Assembly (NCBI RefSeq): GCF_964204645.1
Contig: NC_134032.1
Span: 14,496,275-14,560,274 of the forward strand
Source: Tubulanus polymorphus
Taxonomy: Eukaryota > Animalia > Nemertea
Direction: 5' to 3'
Length of the DNA: 64,000 nt
Part shown: one piece after another, positions 55,301 to 64,000 of the stretch
Position numbering within the stretch: position 1 is the first letter of the stretch
Layout of the letters: every line of letters begins with the position of its first letter
Notes under the pieces: model-generated
Databases searched by the model: none
The model's input: only the letters and a program-made list of their open reading frames with translations
What the model was told of the DNA's origin: nothing
Made by a program: the position numbers and the translations under genes

Positions 55301-55556
55301 GTTGTCAGGTTGAAGCCCTTACCATGTGTGTTCGGTGGTTGAAGTCAAACGGCCGAGAACGTGAAGATGTGAAATTTGTCCTATTTTTTCAAATAACGAA
55401 AATTTCAACCGTTTCAATTGTAACTGTAGACATCGTTACGGTGGTGAATTTGTTAAAGTTTCTAACTTCAAATTTCATCATTTTTCAGATGCTGATAATT
55501 TAGTCATGGCACCGAAATCGATTTCTAAAACGTGGTTGGCTGAGATTCCTCCGTAA
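52356..55556 (+). CDS. Secreted-type CULT-domain-only protein (cereblon thalidomide-binding / Yippee-fold), 6 exons
   Basis: Exons 52356-52440, 53002-53148, 53977-54032, 54105-54184, 54601-54677 and 55489-55556. Signal-like N-terminus MKFHDIFPLFLFICDYLNACRG; motifs LLCRHC, FRNPHG, SWFPGFTW..VCPRC..HLGW.F, FIGL. No Lon/DDB1-binding part. Confidence 0.88.
54996..55104. mobile_element. Abundant ~110-bp MITE family (GGA(T/C)CCAGTTCCACAGTT termini); copies at ~3847, 4135, 7163, 13862, 14753, 16953, 43137, 58796, 61779
   Basis: Palindromic: ccagttccacagttctgagtta...taactcagaactgtggaactgg. Confidence 0.8.
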
Positions 55557-56809
55557 ACGAATCGAGAATCGAGGAATCGCTGTTGTTACTATAGTTGCGT
55601 GTTTATTGTATATTTACAGATGCCGATTCATTGTTAATTACACCTAAGTCGTACAACAGCTAGTCGTCCACGACAACCGTATCCATCACGACAACTTCAA
55701 GTCGCTAAAAATATCCATTGTCCATTTTTAATCTGGTGCTGGTAGTGAAATCAACTTCATGAATGGTGCTACGTTAAGTGCAAGTGTGCATTTAGTGTGT
55801 GTGCGTTTAGTGTGTGTGCATGCGTGGGTCACTGTGTGCGCATGTGTGGGTCACTGTGTGCGCATGTGTGCATCACTGCGTGCACGTATTTGTTGGTGTC
55901 TATAAAAATTCATTGTGTCATAAATGAATTTTTAGCGACCCAGTGTATGAGTGTCCATGAGTTCTATGGAGTGTCTTATATTGTTGTATGTGTCTTCAAA
56001 TAATTCAAATTTTGGTTGCTGTTATTTATATCTTGTTAATGATTATGTTTGCAACTTCTAATTCTGTCATTCTCGTAACGATCATTATGTCGTCGAGTTT
56101 GACTACACCGGTATAGGACCTAAGAGTTTGCAGGGTTCGATCTAAGGAATATAAGACACTAGTCCAATGGGGGCAAGCATATCTGATATTCGCTAGCCCC
56201 CTAAAAAATCAACTTGCCCTACACAGGCAGTTCGATTGATGACATAATCATCTACAATCATCTGTTGTACTGAATGGGAAAAAATCAAATTATCACTAGT
56301 CCGGTGGATAAGTGATGATGATAACCTACTTGCCCTGATGAAAATTTACTTGTCCTGGACAATCGGACAAATGCTTAGATCTGACCCTGGTATGACTGTA
56401 CCCGTACCGGTATTTTTATTTCATGAATTTTGTTGTTGTTTTTGGTATCGAGGTCTAGAATATCATGCATTAAGTAGTAGAGAGAATATCTGTAGTAATA
56501 TTTTGATGTGTTGGTCACAGAATTTCGAGTTTTAAAATGAAATACGTGTTCATCAGTTTTTGAGAAATAAATGTTTTGTAAAATGTAAAATTGAAATGTC
56601 TTTTGAATTCAGAGTTAGCTAGAGAAGACATGATTTAGATTATTCTGAGGACTGAGGCTAGATTCTTTTCCGAGGATTAGAAAACAATTTCTGTCTTAAT
56701 GTCTATTTCAACTTTAAGAGGACACCGGCTGGCCCAGCTCGGTCAGTTTTAATAGTATGGATAGGTCTACCAAAAAGATGAGCAGTTGAACTAGAATAAA
56801 AAGAAAAGC

Positions 56810-57000
56810 TGGAGGAAATTTCGAATCCAGTTTAACACATTCCCTTGAATCCCACATCGTTTTAACTTAAACATTAATCTTTTATGTGGCACCCTGTCAA
56901 AAGCCTTTTTAAAGTCAAGATATACCGAGTCGATTTGTTTGCCTTTGTCCAGAGATTCTGTCCAGTCATTCAGTGTTTCTAACAGCTGCGAAATCTGTGG
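56810..57000 (-). mobile_element. Non-LTR retrotransposon (CR1/L2-type) reverse transcriptase fragment
   Basis: QLLETLNDWTESLDKGKQIDSVYLDFKKAFDRVPHKRL..KL...GI.G..L.WI.NFL; truncated on both sides. Confidence 0.85.
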
Positions 57001-57960
57001 ACCTCCCTTTAATGAATCCATGTTGTGAGGACGATATAGTGCCACACTCAACTCATCTTGACAAAGAGAATCTGAAAGAGAGACTATTTAAATAAATCAA
57101 GTCAAACATAATTCGTTAATGCAAATTATGTAAGTCACATTTCACTACCCCTCAAAAAGGACTTTCTGGTAATGTTTCACCACATTATTAATTGGATTGA
57201 AACTGTCCATCTGAGCTGGTCCTCTTTAAGACGAAATGTGAGGTGTTTGACGAGGAATTTGGCACTCGGCTGAATTAGTTCTCTCAAGCATGATTGAAAT
57301 AGACATTAAAAGAAAGTGCATGTTTATCAATTACAAGGATCGAAATTTGGCCTATGATTATAAATGGTAATGATTTCATAGGAACAAGAACGAGAAGTTT
57401 TTGAAACCATGATTAAATGTTTACAATCGATCCTAGGAAAAATATAAGCTATACGTCGAATAAACTTTATTGAATTGTGCAAATTCAATTCATATAATTT
57501 ATTTCGTGCTGACCCTGGCAAGTGAGGCGGAGAACTTCCTGTTCATTGACATTTAAGGTGAAAATCGATGATATTTTGTGATTAAAGTAGTTTTTCATCG
57601 CTATTCTTGTTATTCCTCAAGTATTTGAGAGTTTCTCGAGTTATTCATTTGTATGAATGAAGTTTCATATCATTTTAAAGGAACGAATTTGCCGATATAA
57701 ATGTTTTGAGAATTATTCTGATTTTACTTCCGGGTAGCCTGAAAGAAGATGATAAAATGATATGATATTGAATAATTGGTACTAAAGGGTAGCACTTTAA
57801 TTTGATCCCCCCTAAGCGGCCAGTTCCAGAATTGAGACGTAACTCAAGATTGGTGTTAAGTTGTTAGATTGGTTATAGAACCGAAGTGAACTTAGACTGG
57901 TCTTGCTCTTGACTTAATCAAGACGTTAGATTGGGTTTAAAACTGAAATGGTCATAGACT

Positions 57961-58203
57961 GGGGCCAGGTTTGCTCAAAGGTTGGTTAGAGTTAACCAGT
58001 GGATAATTAACATAATGCCATTTATCTGGTTATCTGAAACCAACTTTTGAGCAACTGGCTCCTGGGGCCAGTTGCATAGTTGTGACTTAAGTCCAAAAGT
58101 GGTCTTAAATCTTAAGACTGGTCTTAAGTTGTTAGATTGGCTATAGAACTAAGTTGGTCTTAGACTGGTCTTAAGTTTAAGTCACGACTGTGCAACTGGC
58201 CCC
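57961..58203. mobile_element. Two abutting GGGGCCAG-terminal MITEs (57961-58062 and 58064-58203)
   Basis: GGGGCCAG..TTGCTCAAA...TTTTGAGCAACTGGCTCC and GGGGCCAGTTGCA...TGCAACTGGCCCC. Confidence 0.7.
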
Positions 58204-58340
58204 TGGTTTTAAGTCTAAGCCATGCCATTACTATGGAACCAGACTCTATTGTTTTTAGCTATTTGTTTGTTAGTTTTACGAATGATTTTACCTGTGTTTG
58301 AAATATTTTCTAGGTCGCGTGGACACATCACTGCAGCACA

Positions 58341-61120
58341 ATGTCGGACTCGTCTCCGTTCCATCACACGGATTACCCGAGTGATTACGATCCGTTACAC
58401 ACGTCAAACTACGACCCGTCGTTCACAGCCGACATCAGCAACAAAATGAGAATTCCCGAAAAACTGTCGATGAACGAAGGACACGTTAATGGCCTTTCCA
58501 ACGCAACGACGACAAAAACGTCTGAAAACGAGGAACGGATGAGGGTGATTCAGAATTCGGCGAGGGACATGCAGGTTCCGGAACGTATATTACTAGCAGG
58601 TAATAAATAAATGAATATATTTAATTTGTCCAACGGGCGACTTATCTGGTAGTTCTATCTAGTACGTGCTGTAGCGCGTCTACAAATACAGTCAGGTCGA
58701 ACTTCAGATTTTCATAGATGTGGAAGAAAAATAGTCCCTGGGAATATTTTGAAATTCGTCAGTTATAACCATTGTTTATCATCGTTAGTATAGTGGGTCC
58801 AGTTCCACAGTTCTGAGTTAATATTTTTAACTCTGAGTTAACTGACACATGTGATACTTGGTCCTGGTAGTCACCCAGATAGAGGATCTACCCCTAGGGA
58901 TAACTTTGATACTCAGTCTATGAAACCAGGCCCAGGACTTGTTGGCAGTTCCGTATTATGGTGGCGATGAAAGTGTTGACCTTAGTCCCTGGTGTCACAG
59001 AGTAATTCCATCCTGGGTTTTCAGGTCGCACTGATTGAGGTTAACCCTTTCAGTGCGTCTACACCCCAGTGCGGTGTACGAATCAGTGATGGATTTTGCT
59101 AGTACACTGCACTGCGGTGTAATGATGTAATTAGTAATTAGTAATTATCTCTGTTGAAAGATGGCTGCACCTGTCAAACATAGTGAAATATTATTCACTA
59201 ACGATGCACCGCACCGCGGTGTAGATGCACTATAGTGCTATTCCCGTTATTCAACACACTAGGATGGAATTTTTCAGAATTTTCAAATTATCTTCAGCAC
59301 TATAGGGTATCACCACGGAAAGGGTTAAGAATTTGTAATTCATTTCATTATCTTACCCCTTTCAGTGCGTCTACACCGCAGTGCGGTGTATTGATTTAAT
59401 AAGTAATTACTAATTATCTCTCTTGAAAGATGGCAGCACCTGTCAAACATAGCTAAATATTAGTAACTAACGATACACCGCACCATGGTGTAGACGCACT
59501 ATAGTGGTATTCCCGTTATTCAACACACTAGGGTGGAATTTTTCAGAATTTTCAAATTATCTTCAGCACTAAAGGGTATTAATTAGCCAGCACTGAAAGG
59601 TTTAAAGGTTCCCTGAGCCACTCAGCAAGAACAACAAGACGCCAAAAAATTCATCGAATTCCCTCACTTTTCCGTGCGTGCAGTGCAGGGAAAAATAAAT
59701 CCAGAATTCAATGATATTTCCGATTCGTAAGAACCCCGAAAATTGGGCTTTAATGCTGCAAAAAATATAAATAAATGAAATAAAAGTCTATAGCTGCTAA
59801 AGAAAAGCTTTTTAACACCTCGAAAATTGACTGAAGACACAGTGCCTGCTAAAACTAAAACAAATTTCAAAAAAATTTCAAAATTAGCCAGCACTGAAAG
59901 GGTTAAACTAATAATTTGTTTTTGTGTGGTCAATTTTTAGGTTCTGATCATCATATAGGGTTGAAAGAATCGTCGCGAGATCAGATGAATCTAGATTTCA
60001 CGGGTCTGTCGTCGTATCAATACGTCGGACTCGAGACGCCGCCGCGTATTCTGAAACTCGACGATGTCAACTATCCGAGTTTAGACGACGAACTCGCCGA
60101 CCGCAGCAAAGACAGTTCACAGTTTAATCACAGTTTACAAAACGGTTTCGTCAATTTGGACGATTCTAGTCACGAAGAGTTCATCCCGCGAAGGTAGAAC
60201 TATTTCTCTTGAAGTTGGAAATTTAATCATTGTTTTTTCAAGGCTCGATTGAAATGCTATTCAATGCTAATCAAGAGAGTATCTTCTCAGGATAACAAGA
60301 TTAATCCATTGAATCAAAAATCCGGATATAATTTCATTTCAATCTTTAGTGTCCCAACAAAATATCCTTTAGATCCTCTGGATAATACCAAAATCGAGCC
60401 TTGGTTTCACAGTGGAGCCACATTTGATGTGAGATTTAGATATGGGGGGGTGCTGTAATAGATATTGATTGAATTTAAGAAGGGAATTTAACGAATCTTG
60501 GCAAAAATCCCGATTAAAACTTCTGAGAATACAGATAGGCTATTGACAAAGTGAAAAATTAATAAATTGTTAATGTTTTAAACCTAGAATTTTCTCCAAT
60601 AATCTACCGCATATTCACTCGGGGAATTTTGTGTAATAACATGGATAAATTGAGGGAAAACTCTGGGAATTTGTTAATGAAGGCGAACAGTCAGTCTACT
60701 GGCCTGATAAACTAAAGTTAAACTAAAAAACTAAAGTTAAACTAAAATGTTTGGTGTAATTGCCATAGGTTACTTCATGTTTTCAATGAGGACAACAATT
60801 CAAACTTAACTGTTTTAGGCTTAAACTTTTTCGTGAATCTGCATGGTGTAGTAATTGTGATATTATCTATATGTTTCAGCGTGACGCCTCCGTTGATGCC
60901 GTTCACGCCCGGAATGACGGCGAGCGACGTTCTACTCGGTCAGGGAGACGATGATAATCTACTCCTGAAACGTCACGTTTTACGCCTGACTCGACATGTC
61001 GCGCATTTACAGAAAGAGAATCAGAAACGTTCTCAACGCGAACTCGTTTTATACCCGCTAATCGTCGGATATATCTTCGTTCAAGTGGCTCGTTGGTTCT
61101 TCTCGAGTCGACGATATTAA
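58341..61120 (+). CDS. MFF: Mitochondrial fission factor / Tango11, 3 coding exons
   Basis: Exons 58341-58599, 59941-60193 and 60880-61120. Repeat motifs FTADISNKMRIPEKL and MQVPERILLAG, then TPPRILKL, a coiled coil (LKRHVLRLTRHVAHLQKEN..R..RE) and a C-terminal TM segment. Confidence 0.9.
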
Positions 61121-61280
61121 ACTCGGTTCTGAAATCAGGAACGGTGGTTCTTTTCAAGTGAGCGATATTAAACTCTGTTCTAAAAACATGAAACTCATGA
61201 AGTGCGACTTAGAAAGGACTCTTTAGGACTGGGTTCCGCAGTTGAAGACCCAGTGCCGCAGACGTGGGCCAAATTCTACT

Positions 61281-61570
61281 GTTCTGGATCCTGTTCCACA
61301 ATTCTGGACTCGGTTACACAGTTCTGGATCCACATCCACAGTTCTGGATCCAGTTCCACAGTTCTGAACTCAGTTCCACAGTTCTGGATCCAGTTCCATA
61401 GTTCTGGATCCAGTTCCACAGTTCTGGATCCACATCCACAGTTTTCGATCCAGTTCCACAGTTCTGGATCCACATCCACAGTTTTCGATCTAGTTCCACA
61501 GTTCTGGATCCACATCCACAGTTTTCGATCTAGTTCCACAGTTCTGGATCCAGTTCCACAGTTTTCTGGA
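61281..61570. repeat. 20-bp minisatellite CAGTTCCACAGTTCTGGATC (also 27986-28278; related array 48493-48815)
   Basis: Tandem copies of the terminal motif of the abundant MITE. Confidence 0.88.
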
Positions 61571-62557
61571 CTCAAACTAACTCGGATCTGTGACAAAATG
61601 AACAAAAATTTTTTCTAAGGCTCTCTCACTTGCACTAGATAAATTGTTGTGTCGTATTTCATAAATGTATTTTGATGTCAAATCTAAAACTAATTGTATT
61701 TATAATGAATGTTGAGATTATTACTATGATTTTTGTTATTCAATAAGAAAAAAACATAAACCTATAAACCTGGACTGCGACCCAGTTCCACAGTGTGGTG
61801 AGTTCGAGTTAACTCATCGTGCAATTAACTCATTTATTAACTTAATTTAAACTGTGGAACTGTGTGTGGGATATTAGCGAGGGGGCCATAAACGAGTGGG
61901 TCGTCTATGGGTGTGGGTGTATATGGGATGAGGGGGTTAGTGAAGTTGGATTAGGGGGATTAGTAGCCTATAGCTGCTGCTGATGCCAGATTTAAGGCTT
62001 TAATCCCTGGTTCTCCAAAGAAAAGCTTTTAAATCTAAATTGTAAATAAGATATATGGAAAAAAAAATAAATAAGGAAGTTTTTTTTTAAATAATATGTA
62101 TTGATAATTTTAGTATTCTTAGGATCAGAGGATTTTCGCAACAAATTTTTTCGAATACAAGGAGCAAAGAAAAACTGGATGTCCCTGCCTTAGTCTCACA
62201 GTTCAGGATCTATAGTCTCGCTGTTTCCAGACCAACTATCCACAATTCAGGTTTCAATTCCACAGTTCTGAACCGATAAACCAATATCAACAAGTTTTGA
62301 ACCCAATTCCAGTTTCCAGACCCAGTTCCACTGTTTCTGTATCGAAAACTCGGCCATTTCAACCATGGACGCGCAGCTGGTTTGAGTGTCTGCTCTATCA
62401 TACAAATATTGGAAGCCTAGACCCATGCCTGGCCCTACGGTGTTGGTCGTACCAAACAGGCATGGGACCATGTGGCGCCCATGTACTCACTGTCCCGGAC
62501 CCAAAATGATCGCGTGATCGGTGTTGTCGTACAGTATTTAGTCCCAAGTGTTCGTTA

Positions 62558-62915
62558 AGCCTAGCGCACATCGACACTGCGATTGGAGACAACTAGTTGC
62601 TACCGAACGATTACCCCGCGCACATCGAAATCTAGTTACAACCGGTCAGTTGCAGCAACTGCATGACGCGTGTCGTTCGTCGAGATCCAGAGCGCGCACA
62701 TCGACGGATATGACTGCGATTGAGTACAACCAGTTGCTCAAAAGTAGAACATGGGCAACTGGCTGGAACTGGAGATAGATCGACGCTTACCGATCGTAAG
62801 CTCGCTCACATCGACACATTCGAGCAACTGATCGTATCCAGCCAGTTCCTCTCATGCGCCGAAAACTGTCTTGCAACTAGTTGTCTCCAATCGCAGTGTC
62901 GATGTGCGCTAGGCT
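62558..62915. mobile_element. Harbinger/Tourist-like MITE with ~43-bp perfect TIR
   Basis: TTA|AGCCTAGCGCACATCGACACTGCGATTGGAGACAACTAGTTGC...GCAACTAGTTGTCTCCAATCGCAGTGTCGATGTGCGCTAGGCT|TTA. Confidence 0.85.
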
Positions 62916-64000
62916 TTAGTAGTAGGTCGTCACTGGACATACGTGAGACTGGACGACTGGGCGTGGAAGTACTCGTATCCACAGTATCAAGTGAACCTAT
63001 TTTGCGATCAAAGGTCAGAGGGGCAGACCGCATGACTAATCGGGGTCAATTCACATATTCACCACTTGTTTATAAATAAAACGCATTAATATTTCTATTG
63101 GTATAGACTATATTTATTTGTGTAATTGTCTCAATGAAATATATCTAACAAAACTGAATGCTAAAAACTAATACGGTATAGGAGCCTTTGTTTGCGACCT
63201 GTACGAGTTCTATTCTATATAGACCCCACGAGACCGGTCGATCGCGGTCCTGGAATAAACACACGACACCACCGCGCGAAGAGAAAAAATATTCGTTTAT
63301 TCACTTTCTGTCGCTACTCTATGCGTATATATGACTCGGGAGGCTCGTTACTAGTACAACCGAAATAACAAAAAGCTTTTTCTTTGCGTGTGACGCAGTG
63401 TCGTCGCAGGAAAGATGCGAATTCGCAGGATATAATGGACTCAATCAGTTTCAAATGGCGAAAACATGAAATAACTATGACGGTCACCATGTTTCATTTT
63501 TACGCAATTTGGTTAATTAAAAAGTTGATTCCATGTCGAATTCGGGGTGAAATTCAAATCACACTCGTGGATCTGGGCAAGTCTCGAAAGGCGTCGGACG
63601 TCAAACGTGCGTAAATCTATGAACTCTATCGGTCTGGCCTATAACAGTTATTAAAAAAGCCCGCAGTTATTGGTGGTTTTTACCACCCACTAAAAAGTGT
63701 TAATCGCACCGGTGCTGTTATACTGACACTGTTGGGAGCTGCTTAGAGGCGCATTGATACAATTACTAAACGAAATGTGAATTTCTTCTGGGATTCAATT
63801 TCGCGTATTATGAGAGATACTTGTAACAGTCGACTGGTCGTTCGTGCAGGACTCGAGAAATAGTTGGAACAATGACTGAGAGAGGAATGTTTAACTCTAC
63901 ATATGGAAATTAATGATCACAGACCTACTTATTAGACAAGTTTTTTATTCTAAATTCAAATGAAAGATTGCTGATTGTTGATTCGTTGTGTTTTGTTCGT

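Noticed and set aside
62548-63079. ORFs sharing the peptide KPSAHRHCDWRQLVA
   Set aside because: They are both strands of a MITE terminal inverted repeat.

Overview
This is AT-rich, intron-containing animal DNA from an invertebrate; a spiralian origin is my inference only. It is not prokaryotic. I reconstructed nine host protein-coding genes by hand from GT-AG junctions and reading phase: GOSR2 (-), a PLAAT/LRAT-domain gene (-), GEMIN7 (+), RPLP0 (-), LDAH (+), an orphan tail-anchored protein (+), a ZNF704/ZNF395/GLUT4EF-family C-clamp transcription factor (-), a signal-peptide-bearing CULT-only (cereblon thalidomide-binding domain) protein (+) and MFF/Tango11 (+). An apparently intact 5.5-kb ISL2EU (PIF/Harbinger-related) transposon carries TIRs, an AT target-site duplication, a THAP-DDE transposase and a convergent 5-exon SAP-SWIM-YqaJ nuclease gene. 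The RPLP0 introns hold about 14 recognisable snoRNAs (10 C/D, 4 H/ACA), several per intron, including a 348-bp tandem unit that amplifies a SNORD29-type guide. The rest is dense in MITEs (piggyBac-, Harbinger-, Tc1/mariner- and hAT-like), MITE- and tRNA-derived minisatellites, (TA)n tracts and two arrays of CTCF-like motifs. rRNA target assignments rely on conserved rRNA sequences and numbering recalled from memory; no search was run.
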